A DNA stretch of 64,000 nucleotides from Planctomycetota bacterium (GTDB lineage Bacteria > Planctomycetota > MHYJ01 > WSZJ01), in the NCBI GenBank assembly GCA_009773755.1, contig WSZJ01000030.1, forward strand, positions 7,955 through 71,954. Direction: 5' to 3'. The notes under the pieces are model-generated. The model made no database searches. It had not been told where the DNA came from and saw only the letters and a list, made by a program, of their open reading frames with translations. The stretch's first letter is position 1, and every line of letters begins with the position of its first letter. Shown piece by piece: positions 19,978 to 30,017 of the stretch. A program made the translations under genes and the position numbers.

Positions 19978-21984
19978 ATGCCCGCCCTCCAGCCCCGCAT
20001 GATCGGCGTCGTCGGAAGCGGCCAGATCGGCCCCGACATCGCGCTGTACTTCGCGAAGGTCTTCCACGCGGCGAAGGTTCCCGTGGTCGTGGTCGACATC
20101 CGGCAGGAAGCGCTGGACGCCGGGAAAGAGAAGATGCGGAAGAAGCTGGCGAAGGGGGTCGAGAGCGGCGCGTTCAAACAGGCCGAGTTCGACGGGATGA
20201 TGGCGAACACTTCGTGGACGACGGACTACGGGGCGCTTGCCGGCGCGGACTTCATCGTGGAAGCGGCTACGGAGGACTTGAAGATCAAGCAGCGGATTTT
20301 CGAGGGGCTGGAGAAGGCGGTTTCGAAGGACGCGGTGCTGGCGTCCAACTCTTCGCATCTCGAGCCTGAAGTGATTTTCGAGAAGGCGCAGCATCCGGGG
20401 CGCTGCCTGGTGATCCACTACTTCTTTCCGGCGGAGCGGAACATCATCGTCGAGGTGGTTCCCTCAAACAAAACATCGGCGTCCGTGACCGACGGGATCA
20501 TGAAGCTGTATGAAGGCATCGGGAAAGTGCCGCTCAGGATCGGCAGCCGGTACGGGTACGCGATCGACCCGGTGTTCGAGGGGATGTTCCTGTGCGCGGC
20601 GCGGCTGGTGGAATCCGGCATTGCGACGACGAAGCAGGTCGACGTGATTGCGCAGAAGGCGCTCGGGCTGGGCATCGGGCCGTTCACGGCGATGAATCTC
20701 ACGGGCGGAAACCCGCTCACGGCCGTGGGCCTGAAGCACTACCACACGAAGATCATGCCCTGGTACGACGCGCCGAAGATCCTCGACGCTCAAGTCGCCT
20801 CGGGGAAGCCGTGGGAGACTCCCGGCCGCGGCGAGAACGTGACCTGGACCGACGACCAGTTCCGCGCCGTCGGCGACGCGCTTCGCGGCTGTTACTTCGG
20901 CCTCGTCAGCGAAATCCTCGAGAGCAGGATCGCTTCGGTCGCGGACCTCGAGCTCGGCGTCGAGACGGCGCTGGTCATGAACGCGCCTTTCTCAATGATG
21001 AATGCGGCCGGCGTGCCGGCGGCGCTGGAGCTGGTGCAGGCGTACGCGTCGAAAAATGCAGGGTTCAAGGTGGCGGAGTGCCTCAGGAAGCAGGCGGCTT
21101 CCGGAAAGCCGTGGGAAATCCCGCTCGTTCTGCGCGAGGACGTGAACGGAGTCGCAGTGCTGACGTTCCGCCGGCCGAAAGTCCTCAACGCGCTGAACAG
21201 CGATGTGATGAAGCAGCTTTCGCAGCACCTCGAAGCGGCGCGGGCGGACACTGCCGTCAAAGGGGTCGTTCTCACCGGCTACGGCTCCAAGGCTTTCGTC
21301 TCCGGCGCCGACATCAACGAGCTGGCGGCGCTCAAGACGCCGCAGCAGGCGACGATGCACGCGCTGACCTGGCAGCAGGTCGCCAACTCGGTCGAGGCGT
21401 TCGAAAAGCCCGTCGTCTGCGCCTACAACGGCCTTGCGTTTGGCGGCGGAAACGAGCTGGCGATGGCTTGCCACGCGCGCGTCGCGAAAGAGGGGCTTCC
21501 CATCCTGTTCGCCCAGCCGGAGCCGCGCCTCGGCATCATCCCCGGCATGGGCGGCACGCAACGCCTCCCGCGCCTGGTCGGCCTCGCCAACGCCTGGGCG
21601 CCGCTGCGCACCGGCGCGCCTGTCTCCGGCTCGAAAGCGAAGGAGTGGGGGCTCATCCTCGAGGAATGCGACGAGCCCGTCGCTCGCGCAATCGAGATCG
21701 TCGCGGAAGCCGCTTCCGGCAAACGCACGCTTGCTCCGATCAACCGCGAGCCCCTTGAGGTCCTTGCCGCAATGCCCCCCGTCGAGCTCGGCCACCTTTC
21801 AAAGAAGATCGACGAGATGGTTCAGCGCGCGATTCTCGAGGGCGCGCAGAAGCCTCTCGAGGATGGGCTGCGGAACGAAGCGAAGCTGTTCGGCGACTGC
21901 CTCAAGACCGAGGACATGCGGATAGGGATGGAGAACTTTCTCAAGAACGGGCCGAAGGCGAACGCGGCGTTCGTGAACCGGTAA
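19978..21984 (+). CDS. 3-hydroxyacyl-CoA dehydrogenase / enoyl-CoA hydratase fusion (FadB-like, dehydrogenase domain first)
   Basis: N-terminal Rossmann IGVVGSGQIGPDIA with the HFFxP motif (VIHYFFPAERN). C-terminal crotonase pattern VLTGYGSKAFVSGADINE...AYNGLAFGGGNELAMAC. Confidence 0.85.
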   Translation: MPALQPRMIGVVGSGQIGPDIALYFAKVFHAAKVPVVVVDIRQEALDAGKEKMRKKLAKGVESGAFKQAEFDGMMANTSWTTDYGALAGADFIVEAATEDLKIKQRIFEGLEKAVSKDAVLASNSSHLEPEVIFEKAQHPGRCLVIHYFFPAERNIIVEVVPSNKTSASVTDGIMKLYEGIGKVPLRIGSRYGYAIDPVFEGMFLCAARLVESGIATTKQVDVIAQKALGLGIGPFTAMNLTGGNPLTAVGLKHYHTKIMPWYDAPKILDAQVASGKPWETPGRGENVTWTDDQFRAVGDALRGCYFGLVSEILESRIASVADLELGVETALVMNAPFSMMNAAGVPAALELVQAYASKNAGFKVAECLRKQAASGKPWEIPLVLREDVNGVAVLTFRRPKVLNALNSDVMKQLSQHLEAARADTAVKGVVLTGYGSKAFVSGADINELAALKTPQQATMHALTWQQVANSVEAFEKPVVCAYNGLAFGGGNELAMACHARVAKEGLPILFAQPEPRLGIIPGMGGTQRLPRLVGLANAWAPLRTGAPVSGSKAKEWGLILEECDEPVARAIEIVAEAASGKRTLAPINREPLEVLAAMPPVELGHLSKKIDEMVQRAILEGAQKPLEDGLRNEAKLFGDCLKTEDMRIGMENFLKNGPKANAAFVNR

Positions 21985-22015
21985 GTTCGCGCCGCGGATC
22001 CCACGACCGCATATC

Positions 22016-24946
22016 ATGGGTCCTGCGCGCCGCGCCCTCATGAAAACTCCTTCCCACTCCCAGATCCTCGTCCTTCTGGCTGAGAGCGATCCCGCCTCCG
22101 TGAAGGAGATCCGGACGAGGCTTTCTGAGCCAGGCGATCGGTCGATCCACCTCGAAGTGGTGCCCTCAATCGCTGACGCATTGCACCGCCTGGCCAAGGG
22201 CGAGGTAGGTGCGGTGCTCCTCAGCCTGAACCTCCCCGATCTCACCGGCCCGGCCGCGGTCGCCGCGCTTCGCGCCCGCGCGCCTCTGGTCCCCATCCTC
22301 ATCCTAGTCAATCCGGAGGACTCAGCCCTCGGAGGCGAGTTCATCCGCGCCGGAGCCCAGGACTACGTTGTCCGCGGCACGATCAACGCCAGTTTCCTTT
22401 CGAGGCGCATCCGCAGCGCGATGGAGCGGAAGCGGATCGACGAGGAGGAACGGTTGCTGACGGTGCTGTCGCTGGCCGTCGGACAGTCGGAAGACTTCGA
22501 AAGGGCGATGGAGCGGGCGCTTCGCGACATCTGTGCCTTCACAGGCTGGGACTTCGGGCAGGCGTGGATTCCGGATTCGACCCAGCGCAAGATCGACCCC
22601 GGCCCCTTCTGGCTCGGTTATCCGGCCCTTCACTCGTTCCGGACCGCCAGCGAGAAGTCGGTGACAGGGTACGGGAATGGTCTCGTCTGGAAGGCGTTCC
22701 TCAGCCGCAAGCCACTCCATTTCACCGATCTGTCGGCCGAGCCGTCGTTCTTCCGCGCCTCCGACGCAGCCGAGGTCGGCCTCCGCGGAGGACTGCTTTT
22801 CCCCGTCCTGGCAGGCAAGGACGTCGTCGCCGTCATCGAGTTTTTCATGCGGAACCCGAAATCCGAAGATGCCCGGCTCCTCAACGTCGTCGCGGCGGTC
22901 GCCGCTCAACTTGGCCAGGCGTTCCTCCGGCGCAAGATCGAGGGAGAACTGCTCCTGAGCCAGGAACACTTCAGGAAAATCGTCGAGATCACGTACAACG
23001 GCTACATGATCCAGGAGTCGGGGATCATTCGGGAAGTCAGCCCGGGCAACGCGTCTGTCTTCGGTTACGCCCCTGCGGAGCTGGTCGGCCGCAACGTCCT
23101 CGATCTTGTCGTGCCGGAAATGCGGGAAGAGGTCAAGCGCTACTACACGCCGGAATTTGAAGGCGTGTACGAGATCACGGGACTGCGTAAGGACGGGTCG
23201 CGCTTTCACGCGGAAGTCGTGGGTTTCAATCACCGCTGGAAAGGGTGGCCCGCGCGGATCGGCGCGGTGCGGGACGTTTCCGACCGACGGACGGCCGAAG
23301 AGCGACTGGCACGGCTGAACGACTGCTTCGTCACTTTCGGGCCGGACCCTGCCGGGAACATCGATCGACTCACGTCTTTCTGCGGTCAGGCGATGAATGG
23401 GCTCTGGTCCGTCTACTTTTCAGCCGAAAGCGAAAAGCCGATTCTGCCGGCCTCCCAGTGGCAGGTCCCCGCCGGCTTCGCGTCTGCAGGGAGCCCGCTC
23501 GTCGTATTTGCGCACCAGGTCCTTGGCTCGGCACGGACCGACCTCGTGGTCGGCGGCGGTCGGCCGCCGGTCCGCCACGGCGACACGAACCCCAACATCC
23601 TGCGCGGCCCCGAGGCAACCCTCGTCGGGCGCGTCGTCTGGTGCGGCGGCGTTCCTCGCGGCGGCCTCTGCATCGCCCTTGCCGGCAAGGCCGAACCGAG
23701 CCGCGAAGATTCCCGCTTCATGGGCATCATCGCCAGCGCGATCGGCGTCGAGGAAGAACGCCGCCTTGCCCAGCAGAAACTGCAGGCGATGGAAGAGAAT
23801 CTCCGGCAGACGACGAAGATGGAGGCGATCGGGCGGCTGGCCGGCGGCGTCGCGCACGACTTCAACAATCTGCTCACCGCGATCATCGGGTATGCGGAAC
23901 TTGCGAGGGACCGTTTTTCGGAGTCGGACCCGACGCGGAAGGAAATGGACGAGATCCTGAAGGCCGGCGAACGCGCTTCCGGTCTCACCCGCCAGCTTCT
24001 CGCCTTCAGCCGCAAGCAGGTGCTGCAGCCGCAGGTGCTTGAACTGAACGCCGTGGTGACGGACATGGAGAAGCTGTTGCGGCGGCTGATTGGCGAGAAC
24101 ATCCGCCTCGAGATGTCCCTGTCGACCGATGCAGGCAGGATCCGGGTCGACAGGAGCCAGGTCGAGCAGGTCATCGTCAACCTCGCGGTGAATGCGCGCG
24201 ACGCCATGCCCAAGGGCGGCCGGCTTACATTGAAAACGTCGAACATCCCTGCCGTGGAAGTCGCCGCCACGCCAGGGGGGGGCGCCACGCCGCCCGCCGC
24301 CTTCGCCCGCCTTTCCGTCTCCGACTCCGGCGTCGGCATGAGCCCGGAAGTCATCGCTCACCTGTTTGAGCCCTTCTTCACCACCAAGGAGCGCGGCCGG
24401 GGCACCGGCCTCGGCCTCGCCACCGTCTACGGAATCGTCCGCCAGAGCGGTGGCCACGTCGTCGTCAACAGCACGCCGGGCCAGGGCTCGACGTTCGACG
24501 TCGACTTGCCGTGCGTCGAGGAAGCGGGCGTTGAGAAGGCGCCGGAGCGGCCGCGCGCGGCGCCGACCGGGCCCGAGACCGTGATGATCTTGGAGGATGA
24601 GGAGCAGCTGCGGGTCCTGATGGTGAGAGCGCTTCGGGGCCTCGGGTACACCGTTCTTGAAGCGGGAGAAGGCGCTGAGGCGATGCGTGTCGCCGCCGCT
24701 CACGCGGGCGAGATCCATCTGCTGGTCACCGACGTCGTCATGCCTGGCGAGAGCGGCCCGCAAGTCGCGACCCGGATCGCAGGCGCGCGCCCCTCGATGC
24801 GCATCCTCTACATTTCCGGCTACACGGACGACGCCCTCAGCCGGCACGGCCTGGTCGACAGCGAAATTGAATTCCTGTCGAAGCCTTTCACCCCGCGGGC
24901 ACTGGGCGAAAAAGTGCGCGAGGTTCTCGAGAAACGGCGGTCGTGA
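22016..24946 (+). CDS. hybrid sensor histidine kinase (REC-GAF-PAS-HisKA-HATPase-REC)
   Basis: N-terminal REC (ILVLLAESDP...). H-box GRLAGGVAHDFNNLLTAIIGY. N/G boxes NLAVNARDAM...DSGVGM...GTGLGLATVYG. C-terminal REC VMILEDEE...LLVTDVVMPGESG...LSKPF. Confidence 0.85.
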   Translation: MGPARRALMKTPSHSQILVLLAESDPASVKEIRTRLSEPGDRSIHLEVVPSIADALHRLAKGEVGAVLLSLNLPDLTGPAAVAALRARAPLVPILILVNPEDSALGGEFIRAGAQDYVVRGTINASFLSRRIRSAMERKRIDEEERLLTVLSLAVGQSEDFERAMERALRDICAFTGWDFGQAWIPDSTQRKIDPGPFWLGYPALHSFRTASEKSVTGYGNGLVWKAFLSRKPLHFTDLSAEPSFFRASDAAEVGLRGGLLFPVLAGKDVVAVIEFFMRNPKSEDARLLNVVAAVAAQLGQAFLRRKIEGELLLSQEHFRKIVEITYNGYMIQESGIIREVSPGNASVFGYAPAELVGRNVLDLVVPEMREEVKRYYTPEFEGVYEITGLRKDGSRFHAEVVGFNHRWKGWPARIGAVRDVSDRRTAEERLARLNDCFVTFGPDPAGNIDRLTSFCGQAMNGLWSVYFSAESEKPILPASQWQVPAGFASAGSPLVVFAHQVLGSARTDLVVGGGRPPVRHGDTNPNILRGPEATLVGRVVWCGGVPRGGLCIALAGKAEPSREDSRFMGIIASAIGVEEERRLAQQKLQAMEENLRQTTKMEAIGRLAGGVAHDFNNLLTAIIGYAELARDRFSESDPTRKEMDEILKAGERASGLTRQLLAFSRKQVLQPQVLELNAVVTDMEKLLRRLIGENIRLEMSLSTDAGRIRVDRSQVEQVIVNLAVNARDAMPKGGRLTLKTSNIPAVEVAATPGGGATPPAAFARLSVSDSGVGMSPEVIAHLFEPFFTTKERGRGTGLGLATVYGIVRQSGGHVVVNSTPGQGSTFDVDLPCVEEAGVEKAPERPRAAPTGPETVMILEDEEQLRVLMVRALRGLGYTVLEAGEGAEAMRVAAAHAGEIHLLVTDVVMPGESGPQVATRIAGARPSMRILYISGYTDDALSRHGLVDSEIEFLSKPFTPRALGEKVREVLEKRRS

Positions 24947-25293
24947 TGGATCCTGCAGCGGCGTTCGAGCTCTATCGCCGGAGGGTATTCGCCCAACCGG
25001 AGCTCACGTCCGCCGACGGCGGATTATTTGCGGCCATGCGCGCCGAAGACAAGAAGGCCAATCTTCGCCTGATCATGGGCGTGTCGCGCTGGCTGATCGA
25101 GCGCATCGAAGCGATTCCCCAGTCCGACCAGATCGCGGCCGGTCTGGACCCTCTGGCGCTGCTGACGCAGGCCAACGCCGTCGTGGGGGAAAAGCTGCGG
25201 GCCTACCGCGGCGAGAGCATCGACGAATTCAAGGGCATTCTCCTTCCGGCGCTGGATGCGCGACTTCATGCCCTCTTCGGCAGAAAAGTCTGA
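24943..25293 (+). CDS. hypothetical protein, translationally coupled to the kinase
   Basis: ATGA overlap with the kinase stop. 116 aa, no family recognised. Confidence 0.5.
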   Translation: MMDPAAAFELYRRRVFAQPELTSADGGLFAAMRAEDKKANLRLIMGVSRWLIERIEAIPQSDQIAAGLDPLALLTQANAVVGEKLRAYRGESIDEFKGILLPALDARLHALFGRKV

Positions 25294-25300
25294 GCCGGCC

Positions 25301-25334
25301 AATAAAAACGGGGCGCCCGGTTTGCCGGCGCCCC
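25301..25334 (-). terminator. intrinsic terminator for the minus-strand thioredoxin-fold gene
   Basis: GGGGCGCCCGG-TTTG-CCGGCGCCCC hairpin (25310-25334). On the minus strand it is followed by GTTTTTATT (25301-25309). It lies between convergent genes. Confidence 0.6.
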
Positions 25335-25357
25335 GCAAGTTCAACCCCGGTTGGACC

Positions 25358-26227
25358 TCACTTCACCCGGTTCTTCTCTTTCTCCACGATGTCCGCCATG
25401 GCTTGCTCGGCTTGCTTGCAGACGGGGAGTCCTTTGTACTGGGCGATGACCTTCTTAAGTCCTTCTTTCGCGCGCGGGAAGTCCGAGGCGGCGGCAGCTT
25501 CCGTCGCCTGTTCGAGGAGCGCCTTGCCGGATTCATTGAGCCTGTTGAGGCCGTCCTGCGCGCGGCCCGCCATCGTCTTCGCGCCCGGCGCCTTCTCCTG
25601 CTTCACGACGGTGTTGTAGGCCTTGATCGCCTCCGCGATCTTGCCGTCCGACGCGGCCTTGTCGCCCGCGGCGATCTGGTCGCCCATGAAGGTGTACTCG
25701 TCCGCGCCCAGCCCGGGGCCGACTTTCTTCGCCGCTTCCGCCATCTTGTCCGTGAGCAGCTTCGTGGCCATCGCGCCCTTTTCGCGTCCGATTTCGTTCC
25801 CCTCGACATCGCCCCAGATGTGGTGCGGCATGAGGATCGAGCCCTTGAAGAATTTTCCGTTCAGCTCCTGGTAGGCCTGGACGTGTTCTTCGCACGTGAT
25901 GCTCGGAATGATCGAGCACATCTCCTTGTCGCCGACCTTTTTCGTCCCGTGCGTCGTTTCCTTGTTGCAGTAGATCGAGACCCACTTCTTCGAGCTTCCC
26001 ACGAAATCTTTGTTCGGATAGACGGAGCCGTCCATCGTGGTGCAGCCGCCTCAGCCGTCCTTGTGGAACGCGAACATGATCGGCACGTTCCGCGTTTTTG
26101 CTTCTTCCTGGGCTTCCTTCCAGCTGTGGGCCCAGCGCATGGCGGGGCCGGAGCCGTCGGGCGGTTTGGCGAGTGCGACCGCGCCGGTCAGGGCGATCGC
26201 GATCGCGGTCAGGGACAGGTGGCGCAT
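25358..26227 (-). CDS. secreted thioredoxin-fold protein with in-frame TGA in a U-G-G-C motif (candidate selenoprotein)
   Basis: ORFs 26051..26341 and 25358..26035 share a frame and are separated only by TGA 26053-26051. The junction reads ...NVPIMFAFHKDG-TGA-GGCTTMDGSVYPNKDF. AAGGAG SD, ATG 26227 and signal peptide MRHLSLTAIAIALTGAVALA. Confidence 0.7.
26017..26036 (-). promoter_or_regulatory. candidate bacterial SECIS hairpin
   Basis: Starts 14 nt 3' of the TGA. 8-bp stem GAUGGACG/CGUCUAUC (one G-U pair) with a GCUC loop. The apical loop is about 22 nt from the UGA. Confidence 0.45.
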
Positions 26228-26430
26228 GGCTTCTCCTTGAAGGGGCGTGAGGTTCTTTGGAAAGAGGACTTGCGGAGACGGTCTCTGTTTCAGGAATACG
26301 CCGCGCCTGCGGCTTGTATTCCGCTGAAATGTCTCGGACAATCCGGAGATGCTAGGGAATCAGCGGCGGAAAAGCGACGCCGAATGCGGCACAAACATGA
26401 CTTAAGTGATCACCTATACGCGGTTTGCGA

Positions 26431-27549
26431 CTACTCGCCCGTCGCGCCTCCCACGTCGTCATCCGCGGCCCCCGTCGTGCGGTGCGCCGCCGGCGCCGCC
26501 GACCCCGGCTCAAGGTTGATGAGGTCAATCATCTGCCTCAGCCGCCCCTGATTTCGCCGGTTGAAATTCATCGCCAGGCGCGGAAGGTGCGCCACCCGCT
26601 CCTCGCGCGCCTCCTCCGGATGCACTCCCGTCATCTCCAGGTCCCCGCCGTGGATGTCGGCGAACTCCGCTTTCAGTCGCGCCACCGTCCCGGCGGACAG
26701 CGGCCCGTTCAGGCGAATAATGAAGCGGCCCTTCACGTACCGCGAAGAGTTGTACACGCGGTAGAAGTTGCAGATTTCGTCGCACGCCTCGTTCACGGAG
26801 TAGGCCACCTTGAAGAGCCGGTTGTCCTCTTCGCTCACGAGCCCGCGATAGATCAGCCGCTCGACGAATCCGTGCCAGTCGGCCCAGTAGGTCCCGCCGG
26901 GCGCGTCGACCATCACGAGCGGAATCGGCACCGTCTTTCCCGTCTGCACCAGCGTCAGCGTCTCGTACATTTCGTCCATCGTCCCGAACCCGCCCGGGAA
27001 AAACGCGACGCCGTCCGCTTCCTTGATGAACATCAGCTTGCGCGTGAAGAAATACCGGAAGGTGACGAGCTTCTTGTCCCCGTAGATAACGGTGTTGGCG
27101 CGCTGCTCGAACGGGAGCCGGATGTTCACGCCGAAGGATTTCTCGGCCCCCGCGCCTTCGTTCCCGGCCCGCATGATCCCCGGCCCGGCGCCGGTGATGA
27201 TCATGAATCCGCGCTTCGCCATCTCTTTCCCGAATTCCAGCGCCTGCTTGTACCCCAGGTGGTCCGTCGGCGTCCGGGCGCTGCCGAAGACCGAAACTTT
27301 TCGAACTTCTTTCCAGGGAGCGAACGTCTTGAAGGCGTAGCGGAGTTCTTTGAGCGCGCTGGAGACGATCTTCACGTCGCCGCGTTCGGCGGAGTCGTCG
27401 GCGAGGCGCAGCGCGGTGACGATCAACTCGCGGACGAGGTCGGCGTTGCTGGTGATGGCGAGTTTTGTGAGCAGCTCATCCGCGGCGCGGTCGAACGCGC
27501 CGAAATCGCGGCGGAATCCGGGGATGCCGGGTTGGGAATCAGGGGGCAT
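26431..27549 (-). CDS. LOG family / TIGR00730 Rossmann-fold protein (long form)
   Basis: VSVFGSARTP...FMIITGAGPGIMRAGNEGA...PGGFGTMDEMYETLTLVQTGK are LOG hallmarks (PGGxGTxxE). Confidence 0.8.
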   Translation of the reverse strand: MPPDSQPGIPGFRRDFGAFDRAADELLTKLAITSNADLVRELIVTALRLADDSAERGDVKIVSSALKELRYAFKTFAPWKEVRKVSVFGSARTPTDHLGYKQALEFGKEMAKRGFMIITGAGPGIMRAGNEGAGAEKSFGVNIRLPFEQRANTVIYGDKKLVTFRYFFTRKLMFIKEADGVAFFPGGFGTMDEMYETLTLVQTGKTVPIPLVMVDAPGGTYWADWHGFVERLIYRGLVSEEDNRLFKVAYSVNEACDEICNFYRVYNSSRYVKGRFIIRLNGPLSAGTVARLKAEFADIHGGDLEMTGVHPEEAREERVAHLPRLAMNFNRRNQGRLRQMIDLINLEPGSAAPAAHRTTGAADDDVGGATGE

Positions 27550-27746
27550 CGCGCCATGGTAAGGGCGCGCGCGCGGGGCGGAAAGGAAGTCGGGAGAGTT
27601 GAGTCGGGAGTCGGGAGAAAAAACGACCGAATGGAATCATGACCGGGGTGGTCAACCAGGACTTGGCCATTACAAGTCTCTGTGACATCATTTCCCGCCA
27701 CGCCCCCCCCCACGGGCGCCGTCGCCTTTCACCTGGAGGTCGTTCC

Positions 27747-28874
27747 ATGACGCGCGCCGCCGCTTTCTGCCTCTGCCTCTCCGCCTCTGCCGCTTTCGCG
27801 CAAGGCAAGGCCGCTGCCCCGAATCAGCCGCTTCTCGACGCCCGCAAATCGGCCATCGAGGAATTGACGAAGCTGCGCGGCTCCATGGCCCAGCTCGGCT
27901 GCAAGGGCGAAGTCGACGACTGCGACTCCGTGATGAAGAAGATCCTGGAGCCGTCGAAGAGCATCAACGACAAGGGGATGGGGACGCCCTACCCGGGGGA
28001 CGAGAAGCTTGCGGAGCTGATGAAGACCTGGAGTGAGGCCGGCGACCGGCTCTCGGCGAGCTTCAAGGAGGCGGCAGCGCAGCTTGAAGGCGATGCGAAG
28101 GCGGAAGCGGAGATGTTCGCGGGCTGGTTCGAGTCGTGGAGCCACGTTGCGAAGGGCGTGACGCACCTGAACCGCCGGCGGAAATTCTGCAAGCTCACGC
28201 CGGTGATGGCGGACTGGTCGGGGACGCTGGGCGGCTACCTGCACGGCGTCTACATGGCGAAAAATCGCGACAACCGCGCGGCCGCTTCCGACCCGCATCA
28301 CGAGGACGGCAAGCTTCCCGGTTACACGCTCGAGGGAGCTGCGGCTGCGGGCGGCATCCTCGGCGGCGGATCCTCCGAGTACGTCATGGATTCGTGGCTC
28401 GGCTCCGAGTACCACCGCGAGCCCGTCTGGAGCCGCAACTGCTCGCGCGTCTGCTTCGGCGGTCTCGCGCCCGGCGGCTGGTGGTCGTGCAGGAACGGCG
28501 GCGGCGGCTCCGGCAACGTCCTGGCCGACGTCATCACGTTTCCCGGCGACGGCGACACGGACATTTCACCGATCTTCGGCGGCGAGGGTCCCAACCCGCT
28601 CGAAAAATACGGGATGTCCCAGTCCGGCACCCTTTTCGTCATCGACTTCCTGCGCGGCAAGCCGAAGAAACCGACCGTCACGCTCAAGGATCCCGAAGGC
28701 AACGCATCGGAACTGCTCGAGCTCGGCAAGGCGCCGATGAGCTTCGTCGCGAAAAATGCGCTCAAGGAAAACACGAAGTACACCGTCGAGGTTCTCGGCC
28801 AGGACGGCGCGAAATTCTCGTTCAGCTTCACGACGGGCGGGAAGTGGGGCGGGAAGGGCGGACAGGAAAAGTAA
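27747..28874 (+). CDS. secreted hypothetical protein
   Basis: Internal ATG 27747 preceded by GGAGG. Signal peptide MTRAAAFCLCLSASAAFAQG. No family confidently recognised. Confidence 0.6.
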   Translation: MTRAAAFCLCLSASAAFAQGKAAAPNQPLLDARKSAIEELTKLRGSMAQLGCKGEVDDCDSVMKKILEPSKSINDKGMGTPYPGDEKLAELMKTWSEAGDRLSASFKEAAAQLEGDAKAEAEMFAGWFESWSHVAKGVTHLNRRRKFCKLTPVMADWSGTLGGYLHGVYMAKNRDNRAAASDPHHEDGKLPGYTLEGAAAAGGILGGGSSEYVMDSWLGSEYHREPVWSRNCSRVCFGGLAPGGWWSCRNGGGGSGNVLADVITFPGDGDTDISPIFGGEGPNPLEKYGMSQSGTLFVIDFLRGKPKKPTVTLKDPEGNASELLELGKAPMSFVAKNALKENTKYTVEVLGQDGAKFSFSFTTGGKWGGKGGQEK

Positions 28875-28889
28875 CGGCGTGCGAAGCGA

Positions 28890-29615
28890 TTACTTGCCGT
28901 CCCCCGGCGCTTCCTCGTTCCCGTCCTTCCGGTCGATCACGATCGACATCCCCGCGCCGCCGAAGTCCGAGATCTTCCCCGCCTTCTTCAGCTCTTCGTA
29001 CTTGTCCTGCTGCGCCAGGTCCAGCTCCCGCTTCACCGATTCCTCGCACGTCTTCCGCAGCTCCGCCGCCTTCGCTTCCGTCCCGCGCCAGTCCTTCCGC
29101 CCTTCTTCCGTCTGCCACAGTTCCATCGTGGCGTCGTCGCGTTCCTTGAAGTGCTGCGCGATGCGCGTCTTCTGGATCGGCGAAAGCTTGAGTTCGCGCT
29201 CCATGACGACGAGCGGGTCCTCGAAGTTCATGATCTGCGCGAAAGGGTTCTTCTTGTCGCGCTCGGCGAGTTTCTTGTCGATCAGCTTCTCGATTTCTTT
29301 CTCGGAGAGCGATCCATCCGCCTTCCGGGAAGCGGGTTTCTTCGCCGACCCCGTGTCCGCTGCGCCGGCTGCTCCCGCAGCGCCCGCCGGATCGGTCGCG
29401 CCGTTCGTGCTTCCGCCTTTCGCGCCGGCCGCCGCCGGGTCCGTCGCTCCCGTTCCGTCCGCCTTCGCGACGCTGGCGACGGTCGGGGGCGCCGCTTCCA
29501 GTTTCCCGATCTGGTCCTGCAGCTTCGCGAGCCGCATGGAAGTCGCGACCTGCATGGCGAGAAGTGCAATGACGGCGGCGCCGAGAATCAGCGGGGCGAG
29601 GAAGCTGCGCTGCAT
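28890..29615 (-). CDS. membrane-anchored coiled-coil/low-complexity protein
   Basis: Internal ATG 29615. N-terminal anchor MQRSFLAPLILGAAVIALLAMQVA, an Ala/Gly-rich linker, and a charged C-terminal region. Confidence 0.55.
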   Translation of the reverse strand: MQRSFLAPLILGAAVIALLAMQVATSMRLAKLQDQIGKLEAAPPTVASVAKADGTGATDPAAAGAKGGSTNGATDPAGAAGAAGAADTGSAKKPASRKADGSLSEKEIEKLIDKKLAERDKKNPFAQIMNFEDPLVVMERELKLSPIQKTRIAQHFKERDDATMELWQTEEGRKDWRGTEAKAAELRKTCEESVKRELDLAQQDKYEELKKAGKISDFGGAGMSIVIDRKDGNEEAPGDGK

Positions 29616-29790
29616 GGTCGAATCCTCAGGAAGGGGAGCGTGGCGCGCCCGGGTCCCCCGACACCGGCCGCCGCGGCTGAGAGAGCATACGCGAAGTGGG
29701 GCCTGAAGTTGGCCCGTTCCCTGGGCGGAGCGCTCCTGCCGGAGGATGAGACGACGCGGGAGGCGGAATTCCTCGGGAAAACTCCGATTC

Positions 29791-29936
29791 GTTACACGGA
29801 GGTCACGGAGACCACAGAGGTCACAGAGAGAAATTCTTATTGAAAACTCTCCGGGCTGCAATGGCCCGGGACGTCGCGATACTCTCCCGTCTCTTATTCT
29901 CTGTGCGCTCCGTGCTCTCAGTGTCCTCCGTGTAAC
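29791..29936. repeat. REP-like imperfect inverted repeat built from CACAGAG/CACGGAG units
   Basis: The left arm GTTACACGGAGGTCACGGAGACCACAGAGGTCACAGAGAGAA (29791-29832) pairs imperfectly with TTCTCTGTGCGCTCCGTGCTCTCAGTGTCCTCCGTGTAAC (29897-29936). An inner CCGGGC...GCCCGG hairpin lies at 29852-29869. Confidence 0.7.
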
Positions 29937-30017
29937 CAGAAGAATCTCACTCTGCGAGTATCGTCACCCTCCCTCCTTTGCCAGAATGACCACCGCTTCC
30001 ACCATCAGGAGCCTTCC

